From the human T2T-CHM13v2.0 reference genome, Homo sapiens, in the NCBI RefSeq assembly GCF_009914755.1, contig NC_060944.1: a stretch of 64,000 nt of DNA; one strand, 5' to 3'. The position numbers were made by a program, and so were the translations under genes. How positions within the stretch are numbered: position 1 is the first letter of the stretch; each line of letters opens with the position of its first letter. The notes beneath the pieces were generated by a model. It ran no database searches. It worked only from the letters and a program-made list of their open reading frames with translations, and was not told where the DNA came from. Positions 14,385 to 34,260 of this stretch are shown one piece after another.

Positions 14385-17300
14385 GAAGAATTCTGAGAAG
14401 ATGATAGAGTAGGAAATACCAGAAATCCCTCTCCCCATCTAGACAATAATAGCATTGGCAATATCTGTCTGACATGATTATTTTGGGATTCTGGAGTCTA
14501 TTGAATATTTGCAACTTCTAGGGGAAGGCTTGGATGGTAAATTGTTTAATTTTGATCATTTTCTGCTCCTAGCACAGTAGCTGCTACCTATCTTTCACCT
14601 CTGGACCCTCCTCTCTTGAGCAGGCAGCATGCATGTGTTCCTGGAGAAGTTTGCACACAGCTTGTTGGAGGCAGGGTGGGCAAAAGGATCCTGCCCTCCA
14701 AATATCAGGGATTTGTACTCTGACTGCTGATGGCTGCTTCTGATCACAGGGGTGCTGGCAATGAAAAAGCCATTATTGTTGTTGCATCTTCCCACATTAT
14801 TGCAAGCCCGTCTACCTCTGGATGAGCTGAGTTCCACGGTATTTAAAAAGCTGGCACCTTTGTTACCCACTTCAGTTTTCTATTTCTTCTCCTTTGAGAG
14901 CCAGATATCAAAGACTAGGACTTTCAAAAGCAACCATATATATTGGGGAAATGAGAAAGTCATCGTACATGCTCAGGGACAGGCACAGACTCAGAAAGCC
15001 AATCTTCAAGATTCTTCCTCAACCAGGAATCCTGTACTTCTTCACCCAAGAATCCTGTATCTGGCAAAACTGTACTCCAAAAGTAAGGGAGAAATTAAGA
15101 CTCTCATAGATAAACAAAAGCTGAGGGAATTATCCCCAGACCTGTCTTGCAAGAGATGTCCAGTGGAATCCTGCAGGTTAAAATGAAAGGGAGACAGTAA
15201 CTTGAAGCCACAGGAAGAAATAAAAATCTCAGTAAAAGTAGATAAATAGACAATTATAAAAGCTAATATTGCTGTAACAATGATATGTAACTTCATTTTT
15301 TGTTTTCTATATAATTTAAAAGATTAGTATATTAGAAATTATTAGACTAAAAGCTAAGATTATTGCTACTTTGGTTCATAACTCTGCATTTTGTCTTCTG
15401 CATAATTTAAGAGACTAATGCATTAAAAATTGTTAGTTAATATATTTGGACACACAGCATATAAAGATGTAATTTTGTGATAACAGCTGAAGGGGTAGGG
15501 GTTGGAGCTGGAGATGGAGCAGAGCTTTTGTATGTTATTGAAGTTAATCTGGTATAATTCAAATTACAGCCTTATATCTTAAGAATGTTAAATATTATCC
15601 TCAATGGCAATCACAAAGAAAATAGCTGAAGAATATCCACAAAAGAAACTAAGAAACAAATGTAAACATTTCACTACAAAAAACAACTAAACACAAAAGA
15701 AGACAGTAAAGCAGGAAATGAGGGACAAAAAGGCATATAGAAAACAAATAGCCAAATGACAGAAGTAATTGCCTCCTTATCAGTAATTATTTTAAATGTA
15801 AATGTTTAAATGTAAATGGATTAAACTCTCTAATTAAAAGACAGAGATTGGGAAATTGGTAGAATGGTTAAAGAAAATCATGATTCAACTATACGTTGTC
15901 CTTAAGAGACTCACCTTAGATCCAAAGACACAAATAGGTTAAAAGTGGAAGAATTAAAAAGCAAATAGTAACCAAAAGATAGCAGAGGTAGCATACTGAT
16001 ATTAGACAAAATAGACTTTAAATCAAAAAAGATTACATGAGATAAAGAAGAACACTACATATTAACAAAAAGTTTAATACAGCAAGAAGGTATAACAGTT
16101 ATAAACATTTAGGCACCTAATAACAGTTCATCAAAATATGTAAAGGAAAAATTGACATAATTGAAGGAATAGACAATTCTACAATAATACAGACTTCAAT
16201 ACCCCATTCTCCATAATAGATAGAACAGCCAGACAGAAGATCAATTAAAAAAAGACATGAACAACACAATCAACCAACTAGATTTAACGTACACATGCAG
16301 AACACAATTCTAAAACTGCAGAATACACATTCTTCCCAAGTGAACATAGAAAATTTTCCAGGACAAACCACATGTTAGGCCACAAAGCAGGTCTCAATGG
16401 ATTTAAAAAAGATAAATGTCAGACTAAGTATCTTTTTAGATCACAATGGGATAAAGTTGGACATCAGCAACAGAAGTTGGACATCAGTAACAAACACACA
16501 AATTTGTGGAAATTAAATAGCACCGTCTTAAACAACCATTGGATCAAAGAATAAATCACAAAGACATTAGAAAATACTTAGAGATGAATGAAAGTGAAAA
16601 CCCAGCATATCAAGATATATGTGATAATACTGAATGCTATGCTATGGAGAAAATATATTGCTATAAATGTTTACATTATAAAACAAGAAATATACCAAAC
16701 AACCTAACTTTACAACTAAAGGAACTGGAAAAAGCAGAGCAAACTAAATCCAAAGAGAGAAGATGAAAGTAAATAACAGATTAGAGGAGAAATAAACAAA
16801 ATAGAGAATGGAATAATATTAGAAAATACCAATAAAACAGAAATTTGGTTATTTGAGAAAATCAACATGGATGACAAATGTTTTGCTAGATGGAAAAAAA
16901 GAAAGAAGACTCAAATTACTAAAATTAGAAATGAAAGTGGGAATATTACTACCAATTCTGTGGAAACAAAAAGGATTATAAGAAAGTAATATAAGCAACT
17001 GTACACCAACAAATTGGATAACTGAAATGAAATGGACAATTTCTAGAAATACACAGTGTATCAAAACTGAACAACAAAGAAAATAAAAAATTTGAATAGA
17101 CCTATAACTAGTAAGAAAATCTCCTGATATAGAGAAGCCCTGGGCTCCATGGCTTTACTGGCTAATTCTACCAAACATTAAAATACAAATTAATGCCAAT
17201 CATCCCAAAAATTTTCCAAAAAATTGAAGAGGAATGAATGCTTCTTAACTTATTCTATAAAGCCATTACCTTAATACTAAAGCCAGACAAAGACATTACA

Positions 17301-19783
17301 AAAAAGACCAATATTCCTTATAAACATTGATGTGAAAACTCTCAAGAAAATACTAGCAAATTACATCCAACAGTATTTTAAAAAGATTATTTTCTATGAC
17401 CAAATGGGACTTACTTCTGCAACGCAAGGATGGTTCAACATATGAAAATGGTTCAATGTAATATATCACATTAACAGTATAAAGGATAAAAATGACATGA
17501 TCATTTCAATTGCTGAAGAAAAAGCATTTGACAAAATTCAATATGTTTTCATCATAAAAACACTCAACAAGTTAGAAATAAAATCACATTACCTCAACAT
17601 AATAAAAGCTATATATGAAAAACTTACTGTGAACATCATCCTCAGTTGTGAAAGGTTGAAAGCTTTTCCTCTAAAATTGGTAAAATAAGACCAGGATATC
17701 TGTTTTCACCACTTCTATTCAACATTGTACTGGAAGTCCAAGCCAGAGCAGTTAGGCAAGAAACAGAACTAAAGGCATCAAAATTAAAAAGGAAGAAGTA
17801 AAGTTATTTCTGTTTTCAGATTTTATATGTCAAAAACACTAAGATTCCACAAGCAAACTTTTAGAACTAATAAATGAATTCGGCAAAAATATCAAGATAC
17901 AAAGTCAACATATAGAAGACATTTCTATACACTGACAACAATTAGGAAAGGAAATTAAGAAATCAATTCAATTTATAATAGTATCAAATAGAATAAAATA
18001 CTTAAGAATTAACATAACCAATGAGGTGAGAGACTTACACAAAAGATTGTTGAAATAAATCAATGAACATATAAATAAATGGAAAAATACCCTGTGTTCA
18101 TAGAATTGAAGACTTAATATTGTTAAGATGTTAATACCACCCAAATTGATGTACACATTTAATGCAATCTCTACCAAAATCTTAATGATTTTTTTGTAGC
18201 TATAGAAAAATCTCTCCTAAAATTTGTGTAATCTCAAGGAACCCTGATAGCCAAAACAATCTTGAAAAGGAAGAACAAAGCCAGAGGACTCACAACATTT
18301 CCTGATTTCAAAATTTACTACAAAGCAACAGTAACCAGAACAGTCTGGTACTGGTATAAAGACAGATATATAGACAATGGAAAATAATAAAAAGCTCACA
18401 CATAAACACTCACGTATGTGGTCAAGTGATTTTTGACAAGGGTGCCAAGACCATTTAGTGGGGAAAAGAAATTCTTCAACAAACAGTCCTAGGAAAACTG
18501 GATATCCAGATGGAAAAGAGTGAAGTTGGATCCTTACCCTACACTGCATACAAAAATTAACTCAAAATGAATTCATGACCTAAATGTAAGACCTAAAACT
18601 ATAAAGCTTTTAGAAGAAAACATAAAGGAAAAGCATCACAACACTGGATTTTGCAATGATTTCTTGGATATGACACTAAAGGCAGAGGCAACAAAGGAAA
18701 AAAATAGACAATTTGACCTTCATGGAAATGAAAAATTTTGTGCATCAAAAGACACTATGTATATGGTAAAAAAGGCAACCTAAAGAATAAGAGAAAATAC
18801 TTGCAAATCATATATCTGATAAGGGATTAATATCCAGACTACGTAAACAATGTCTACAATTTAACAAGAAAAACAAACAACCTGATTAAAAAATGGACAA
18901 TGAACTTGAACGGACATTTCTCCAAAGAAGATATAAAAATGGCCGATAAGCACATAAAAAAGACGCTCAACATTACTAATCATGAAGGAAATGCAAATCA
19001 AAAGTATGACGAGATATCACCTCACACCAATCAGAATGGGCACTCTAAAAAAAGACAGAAAATAGCAAGTATTGATAAGGATGTAGAGAAATTGGAATTC
19101 TTGTGCATTGCTGGTGGGAATGTAAAATGGTACAGCCCTTGTGGAAAACAGTATAGCAGTTCCTCAAAAAATTAAAAATAATATTACCATATGAGCCAGC
19201 AATTCCAATTCTGAGTACATATTCAAAAAAATTGAAGTCAGGGTCTTGAAGAAATATTTTCATTCCCATATTCACAATAGCATTATTCACAATAGCATTA
19301 TTCACAATAGTCAAAATATGGAAGCAACCCAAGTGTCCATCAATGGATAAATGGATAAGCAAAATGTGGAATATGTGTACATACAGTGGAATATTACATG
19401 GCCTTAAAAAATAAGAAAATTCTGACATATGCTACAACATAGATGAACCTTGAGGACATTCTGCTAAGTGAAATATGCCCATCACAAAAAGACAGATACT
19501 ATATGATTTTACTTTACTTATATGAGGTACTTAGGGTAGTTAAAATAATAGGAACAGAAAACATGGCGTTTACTAGGGGCTGGTGGAAAGAGGGAATGGT
19601 GAGTTATTGTTTAACAGGTATAGAGTTCTAGTTTCACAAGATGAAAAGAGTTCTAGGGATGGATGTGGTGGTGGTTGCACCACAATATGAATGTACTTAA
19701 TGCCACTGAATTACACACTTAAAAATAACTATGATAGTACATTTTACGTTATGTGTATTTTACCACTATCCAAAAATTGCAGA
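14385..19783 (+). mobile_element. Old L1 (L1MB-like 3' end), 5'UTR to 3' end, most of ORF1 deleted, ORF2 decayed
   Basis: ORF2-like peptides ([27 protein letters not shown]); degenerate ORF2 start at about 15756; L1MB-type 3'UTR; 11-bp TSD aaaagttgtca at 14374-14384 and 19784-19794. Confidence 0.88.
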
Positions 19784-19849
19784 AAAAGTTGTCAATGACT
19801 TCAAATTTTTAAAAATACTGGGTGAACCTAATAAAACACATTTCTGTCT

Positions 19850-20169
19850 TTTTATTTGCTTTTTGTTTGCTTGTTTTTCTTTGTTGAGACAATCTTGCTC
19901 TGTTGCCCAGGCTGGAGTGCAGTGTTGTGATCATAGCATATTGCAGCCTGAAACTCCTGGACTCAAGCTATCCTTCTTGCATCTGCCTCTGAGTAGCCAG
20001 GACTACTGAAGTGCACCACCATGCCCAGCTATTTTTTTTTTTAATTTTTAGTAAAGATGGGGTCTCACTATGTTGCCCAGGCTGGTCTTGAACTCCTGAG
20101 CTCAAGCAGTCCTACCACCTCAGCCTCCCAAAGTGCTGGAATTATAGCCATGAGCCACTGCACCTGGCC
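19850..20169 (-). mobile_element. AluJ
   Basis: gatcatagcatattgcagcctgaaactcctggactcaagc; ends cacctggcc. Confidence 0.9.
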
Positions 20170-20234
20170 CACTTTTCTGGTTTTTCAGGAGACCCAGGTG
20201 TCACCAGTTTCCTTCTTTTTGTGGTCTTAGGTAT

Positions 20235-20920
20235 TCATTCATTCTAGTCAGTCCTTAGAAAATAGTTATTGAACACCTATTGCATGCATATTGGTTGTAG
20301 GCACTGGGAATACAGGCTGGTCACTGAAGCTTCACTGAGAAGGGGACATTTGAGGGTAGATCTTAACAGATGAAGAAGGTAAACATGCATCCTTCTGGGC
20401 GGCAAGCATCCCAGGAAGAAGGCACATAAATGCAGTGACCCTGAGGTGATCATTATCATGTGCTAGGCATATTCACAGAGTGACACAGAGGCCTGTGTGG
20501 CTAGAGTGGATTGGGCAGGGGGAGCAGTATGAGAGGAGGTCGGAGGGGTCTATGGAGCTAGATCACCTTGGGCCTTATGGGGTAAGGATTTGAGATTCTT
20601 TTGAAGGGGAATGGAAAGCATTGAGATTTAAGCAGAGGAGTGACATGAACTCACTTATCTTTTCAAATGACCACTCTGATTTCTCAGACAAAATTTTGGG
20701 AAATTTAGGGTAAAAACAAGGACATTTCTTAGGAATCTATAGCAGTAATCCAGGAAAAAAATAATGTGGTCTTAAATTGGAAAGTGGTGGGGGTAAGATA
20801 TCAGATTCATGTGATCATGACTAAGCAACTCCAGGATTTTCTGACAGAAAGCATGTGGCATGAGGGAAAGAGCAGAGTCAAGGAGGGCTCTGGAACTTGG
20901 GCCAGAAAAACTAGAAGGAT
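20235..20920 (-). mobile_element. L2 3' fragment(s)
   Basis: cattcattc...ttattgaacacctattg...ggcactgggaatacag; tttaagcagaggagtgacatga. Confidence 0.7.
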
Positions 20921-21469
20921 AAATAAATAATAAAAAGTTTAGCAGTCAAATTCATAACAGTAAATAAATAAATTAAAAATAATAAAAATTAATGGATAAA
21001 AAGTTGTTATGTAAATTCAGTGCCCTATTCCATCTCCTAGGTTATTTTCACTAGAAGTTAATTAGAACTCTCCAGTTGTCCCAGCCTAGACAGCCTGCTA
21101 GCCCCTTAACTAAGACTGCTTGCCACTTCCTGCACCTCCTAGTAGGCTCAGTCTAGATACTCTTTCAAAAAACACAGTTAAGCACTTAGAAACTGAGTAT
21201 TTAAGAAGCTCCTGCCTTATCTTTCAGATTGCAGCTCAAGCCCAAGAATCTGATTCTAACTTTGTGCCCAGTCTTTTTGCCAATGGGACTCCTGCTCTGG
21301 GACACACAGTACCTACATGATGCCTCAAAGTCTGTCTTCTTTCTATGCCTGAGACCTGAGACTTGCCTGCCCCCCTAGTCACTTGTGGCACAAGCTCTGC
21401 CTTTCCCTGATTCTTGGACTTTTAGCCTGTCCTTGACTTTCATCATAGATATAGGGCTATACAGATTTT

Positions 21470-21740
21470 CTTTTTCATCTTTGTCAGTTTTGGTGAGTTG
21501 CATTTTTTGAGGAATTCATCCGTTTCAACTAGGTTGTCAAATTCGTTAGCATAAAGGTGTTCATATTTTTCATTCTTTTAATGAATGTTGAGTCTGAAGT
21601 GGTAATTCATTTATTATTTCAGATATTGATAATTTACGTTCTCATTTGTTTTTCATGATCAGCCTAGCTAATGGTATACGTATGTCAGTTGTGTTGAGCT
21701 TTTCAAAGACAACTTTCAGCTTTGTTAATTTTTCTCTGTT
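21470..21740 (-). mobile_element. Old L1 ORF2 fragment
   Basis: Minus-strand translation includes FEKLNTTDIRIPLARLIMKNK, similar to ORF2 [14 protein letters not shown]. Confidence 0.7.
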
Positions 21741-21944
21741 GCTTGTCTGTCCCTGACTCAGCCTTGGAAACACTCTCCTAATGATAGTTGCTTGCCTGCT
21801 TAGCTTTCTCAGTTGTCCTTCGGATTGACCTGAGGCAGAAGCGATTGCCATGTTACTGTGTTTATATTCTCTCAGGGCCATCTACCTTTCTGGTCTGGTG
21901 TCCTCTTGAGATGAAGTCTGGCCTTTTCCCACGACCTTTTATTT

Positions 21945-22068
21945 TATTTTATCTTCATTCAGCAAACATTTATTGAATACCTACTATGTGCAGGTCATGG
22001 GAACATAGCAGATGAATAAAGTGACCTCATAGGACTTATATTCCAGTGGGAAACTGGACAATGAACAA
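21945..22068 (-). mobile_element. L2 3' end, interrupted by MER1A
   Basis: cattcagcaaacatttattgaatacctactatgtgcagg. Confidence 0.75.
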
Positions 22069-22596
22069 CAGCGGGCCCCACCCTTTGTGGTACCAGGGAC
22101 TGGTTTCGTGGAAGACAACTTTTCCACAGATGGATGGGTGGGGTATGGTTTTGGGATGATCCAAGTGCATTACATTTATTGTGCACTTTACTTCTATTAT
22201 TATTACACTGTAATATATGATAAAATAGTTATACAACTGACCATAATGTAGAATCAGTGGGAGCCCTAAACTTCTTTTCCTCTAACTAGATGGTCCCATC
22301 TGTGGGTGATGGGATACAGTGACAGATCTTCAGGCATCAGATTCTCATAAGGAGTATGCAACCTAGATCCCTTGCATGTGGAATTCACATTAGTGTTCAT
22401 GCTCCTATGAGAATCTAATGCCAATGCTGATCTGATGGGAGGTGGAGCTCAGGCAGTAATATGAATAATGGGTAGTGGCTGTAAATGTAGATGAAGCTTT
22501 GCTTGCTTGCCCACCACTCACCTCCTGCTCTGTGACCCAGTTCCTAACAGGTCACGGACTGTTACAGGTCTGTGGCCTGGGGGTTGGGGACCCCTG
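22069..22596 (+). mobile_element. MER1A hAT-Charlie non-autonomous DNA transposon
   Basis: TIRs cagcgggccccaaccc / gggttggggacccctg; 528 bp; 8-bp TSD atgaacaa/acaaacaa. Confidence 0.88.
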
Positions 22597-24149
22597 ACAA
22601 ACAAGATAAGTAAATACAGCATTTGGCAAATACATATTTCTCTATATCCATATATTTCGTATTTTCAGACCTTTCACTCGACCCTATGTTGGCTTGTTAT
22701 GAACCAGTACCCAGACAGCATCTTGCTTTTGCTAGATTGTGGTCTTCTTGAAGATAAGGAGTCAGGGGTAAGTTTTCTTCCATGAAAGAGCTTCTCTACA
22801 AAGGGAGGAGCCCATGGAGGTTCATCATAGCCTTATCATTTACCCCTACTCCATTGTGTAGGCCTGGGACTGGGGGTGCTGAGTGAGTTATCCTGCCTCA
22901 GATGTGAACTTATGTGGCACTGCTAAGGCCTGGCTGGAACAATTTAACTAGAATTTTATGATAAAGGCCAGGGTAAAATAAAAATATTTGTAAATTCTAT
23001 ATTTCCTCAGATTTAGGGCACCATTATTGTATGATACAGCTCAATTTTTAAGAGCTTTAAATTTTGATAACTTTTTGTCCTAATAAGATTTTAAACTTCC
23101 CCATAACCCCTTGACATCACGTTCTGATGCTGAATCAGGTGTCTTCCAGCCCTGTCTGGGTCTGCCTCACCAGTGCTGGACCCCCAGTCCCCCACTATGG
23201 ATGGGTCTGCTTCCAAGACCTGTTCCTCCTCAGCTGCCTCAACCTTTTGTAGTTATCTGAAATGAAGATTTCCCCAAATTTAAGAGCATCTTCACCTCTG
23301 TTGCTTGCCCGAAGTGGCAAATGTAATGAAATTCCTTGAGCTGGAAAAGGTAGATACCCAGTGTAACATAAGTTTCCAGCATTACAGCTCTTGCATTACC
23401 TATGGACAAGCCAAGATTATGATTACTGTGACTATTAAACTTATCATTATTAGTGGTAAGTCATTCCAGCAAATCTGCTCTAAAAGCTTTGCTGAGCAAC
23501 CTACAGTGTGAATTGAATTTTATCAAATGATGTTACTTGTAATTTTTGCATCATTTCTCTTTCAGTAGAACTTTTCAACAAACATTGTCTATTTTTCTAT
23601 AAGAGAATGGTTCTGGTAGAGCCTGAGATGTACCCAAATTTGGCAGTAATTTACTTGCAAGTTAAATTTATAATACGTTTAAACATTTATATTCTTTAAC
23701 ATTAAATAGCAGGACTTAAAAGCATTTTTTAAAAAGTTTATTACTATACAGTATATCTAGTTTGACCTGAAGTGGAAATTATGCCTGGTTGTTTCACCAA
23801 GGAAAACATTTCAATTTGGTTCTTCCATTTCAGAAGAAAAGGTCTAAAATTAGTGTCAGTTTATATTTCTGCTTTATCAGAAAATATTTCAAGTGGAAAT
23901 TTTCATCATGGATAAGAATGATGACATATAGATTAAAATGTTATGAATATATTTATAACTTTTATAGCAAATAAAATAATAATGCATTCAGATTTTGACA
24001 TGGATGCTAAACAAACAATGAAAGGTTTGTGTCTGAGAGAATCAGTATTAATAATTATTTAGTATTAAGTAAGCATTGTTAAGTAATTAAGTACTAAGAA
24101 TTGAGTACAATATTTTAAAATGTGACTTTACAGAGAAAGAGAGTACAAA

Positions 24150-24390
24150 TTGTATAAAATTCAAGAACACATAAAACCAATCTATACTGATGGGCATCAG
24201 AATAGTGGCTATCTTTTGGGAGGTGTTGACTAGGCACACAAGATGCCTTCTTGGGGGTTGTACATGGCCTGCATCTTGACTTGGTGGTGATTGATTACAG
24301 GGTTGTGAACATATGTAAAAACTTCATCAAGGTGTACATTTCAGATGTGTGTGCCTGACTGCACATACATCGTAGCTCTATAAAATAAGT
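24150..24390 (+). mobile_element. L1ME/MC 3' end fragment
   Basis: aaaccaatctatactgatgggcatcagaatagtggcta...tgtaaaaacttcatcaagg...ctataaaaa. Confidence 0.6.
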
Positions 24391-24473
24391 ATAAGTACAC
24401 TCCCCTACCACCTCATGATTTATGAATGTCTTTCACAAGATCTACAGGCTTCCCTATTACAACTGACCCTCAG

Positions 24474-30972
<6,499 letters not shown>

Positions 30973-31988
30973 ACAACTGACCCACAGCAGATTTTTAGCA
31001 ATCTTTGACTTTCCTGAAGATTGAGTCCCTTTGGAACACTGTGGAGGGTCCTTTCTTCATGTCATCCTTTCAAAAAAAATATGCCAATTGAAAGACAGAA
31101 TGAAATCTATTTCATCACTGTTGGTCTGCACGACGTTATTTATTTAGCCACATGTCCTTTCCTTATTTCCAGCTAGATAAGTAACAGATACAGAGTATAC
31201 TTAGTTCCATGCTGCATTCCTGTAAAGATGCCCAGTTTGGCATTTTTAAGGATGAAGTACGTTTATTTTGTTTTCTTGCAAGGATTTATTGTAAAAGCTA
31301 TATGTGTACATCAATAAAACATTGTTAAATGCAGCATTGCTAAAGAGGTTGGATAATAATTTGAGATATAAGTTCACAATTATGTTTCCCCTTTTTTTTC
31401 GCTACCTTTGAAACTCGCAGAGGTTTGGGTTTCCTAGCCTCAGGTTCGGGGTGGAGCGGGGCTGGGCAGGGCAGAGAGCATAGGGACCTTCATGGCTTCC
31501 TGGCATTTATTTCCAAAAGCCTCAACCCACTGAAGAGGGCAGGCTTGGCTGGAGAAATGGTTTTCTGTCTGACTAAAAAGAGATTTTGAGTTAGGAGTGG
31601 GAACAGGAGGAGGCCTGTGAGTCTCTAAGAAGGTGGTTCTGCCATTTTCTTGGGAGACCTTTGGCAGGGAAGCAGAGTGAGCTGTCAACAAAGGCAGGGA
31701 CCCAGACACTAATTTCATTGTTCCCAAAGTGGTATCTGCGAGTCCTCATACCTTCAGGAACCATGAGCACAGGGAAGATGTTCTTAGCTATACCCTGTGT
31801 GGGGAGATGACCAAAGATAGGACCTCCCATCTGGTCTCCAGCTCTTCCCAAAGCCTTGGTGTTGACCTGGGCCTGGGGGTTGACAGGGAAACCACAAGAA
31901 CAGCTGAGATTAAATGCATCATCAGTTAGATGGGATGGGGAACTCATAGTCAGTAATAAGTTTGATTAGAAAGAAATAGAGATATTTC

Positions 31989-33090
31989 ACATTGGAAAAA
32001 CCCTTTTAGACATTGGCTTACGCAAGAAATTCATGACCAACAACCCAAAAGCAAATGCAATAAAAACAAAAGTAAATAGCTGGGACTTAATTAAACCAAA
32101 GAGGTTTTGAATGGCAAAAGGACAGTCAGCAGAGTAAACAGAGAGCCCACAGAGTGGGAGAAAATCTTCGCAGTGTATACGTCTAACAAATGACTAATAT
32201 CCAGAATCTACAATAAACTCAAACAAATTAGCAAGGAAAAAACAAACAATCCCATCAAAAAGTGGGCTAAGGACATAGACAGTTCTCAAAAGAAGATACA
32301 CAAATGGCCAACAAACATTAAAAAATGCTCAACATCACTAATGATCAGGGAAATGCAAATCAAAACCACAACGTGATACCACGTTACTCCTGCAAGAATG
32401 GCCATAATCAAAAAATCAAAAAACAGTAGATGTTGGCGTTGATGCAGTGAACAGGGAACACTTCTACACTGTTGGTGGGAATGTAAACTAGTACAACTGC
32501 TATGGAAAACAGTGTGGAGATTCCTTAAAGAACTAAAAGTAGAACTACCATTTGATCCAGCAATCCCCTACTGGGGATCTACCCAGAGGAAAAGAAGTCA
32601 TTATACAAAAAAGATACTTGCACACATGTTTATAGCAGCACAATTCACAATTGCAAAAATGTGGAACCAACCCAAATACCCATCAATCAATGAGTGGATA
32701 AAGAAACTGTGGTATATATATATGATGGAATACTACTCAGCCATCAAAAGGAATGAATTAATGGCATTTGCAGCAACCTGGATGAGATTAGAGACTATTA
32801 TTCTAAGTGAAGTAACTCAGAAATGGAAAACCAAATATCGTATGTTCTCACTCGTAAGTGGTAGCTAAGCTGTGGGGATGAAAAGGAATAAGAATGACAC
32901 AATGGACTTTGGGGACTCGGGGGAAAGTATGAGAAGGGGGTGAGGGATAAAATATTACAAATTGGGTGCAGTGTATACTGCTCAGGTCATGGGAGCACCA
33001 AAATCTCGCAAATCACCACTAAAGAACTTACTCCTGTAACCAAACACCACCCGTTCCCCAATAATCTATGGAAATAATTTTTTTTAAAAA
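31989..33090 (+). mobile_element. 5'-truncated L1PB (L1PB1-like)
   Basis: ORF2 C-terminus [19 protein letters not shown]; 3'UTR aaatcaccactaaagaacttact; TSD core agatatttc at both ends. Confidence 0.88.
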
Positions 33091-34012
33091 GAAAGATATT
33101 TCTAGCACATATGAGTTTATGGATGGAGACTCATGCCTGCCACACTGTGAAAACATTCTTCCCTTCAAAATCCCTATCAGTGTAATTTGAAGTGAATATT
33201 CTAGTACCACATGCTTTTGGACTCTAAGGAAGAGATATAATGTACGAAAATGTGGTATCTGAATGCAGCAAATTGAAAAATACCAGTCCAGATACTTTGG
33301 GGCCATGCAGAGAGTTTCCCAGTCAGGTGTAAGTGTGGGTGGTGGTGGTTTGAATACTGAAGGGATGGACAGGTGGGGGTGACAACTAAGAGCTGCCACC
33401 TGGGGAGAATCCTAGGCAGAGTCTGGGCCTGGACAACCCAACCAGTAGTGACCGTGGGCCGGACGAGCCTCTGGGCTCTGCAGCTCCGTGTGACACAGGC
33501 TCCTAGCCAGGAGCTCATTCCGAGTCAGAATGTGCCTGCAATTAGGTCTCAGGAATCTTGACAAGCAGTTGTAAAAAATCTCAAAGAAAGGAAGATATAG
33601 AAACAAGCTGGAGAGACGAGAAAACAAAAACATTTGATCTAGATGGTTCTTTTCCACTTCCAGTTTGGGACCGGAACTGGTGACTGAGGTTGGGGGAGGG
33701 GAGCTCCTGGCTGCAGTTGCAGGCTGGGAAGGAACTGCATCTAGTTGAAAAGCGAGAGGCTTTCAGCTGGGCTGTCTTCCCACCTGGAACCAAGGCAGGG
33801 GAGCTGGGATTACAGGATGGCTGTCACAGGGAATGTAGAGACCTACACCTCAGCCTCAAGCCCAGAGGGGGAGGGGATTGAGCTAGGAGCTCAAAACAGA
33901 GACTTCTAGGCACTGCCCTCGGTCGCAGGCCAAAGAAAGAAGTTCAAGAAAGCTGTTGGAATAGGTTATGTAAGAATGAGAAACAATCCACACTGTAACA
34001 AGAACCCCACTC

Positions 34013-34260
34013 GTGTGTGTGCATGCGCGCATGTGTGTATGTGCTTGTAGGTGCGTGTGTGGGTGTGTGCGCCTGTGTGCATGTGTATGTGTGCATGTGT
34101 TTGTGCATGTGTGTATTTGTACATGTGTGTGGGTGTGTGCGCGCATATTATGTGTGTGTGCTTGTGTGTGCGTGTGTACGTGTTCATGTGCATGTGTGTA
34201 TGTGCTTGTGTGTGTGTGTGCATGTGTGTGTGTGTGTGTATGCATGTGTGCCTGTGTGGT
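34013..34260. repeat. Degenerate (TG)n / alternating purine-pyrimidine tract, about 250 bp
   Basis: gtgtgtgtgcatgcgcgcatgtgtgtatgtgc... Confidence 0.92.
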
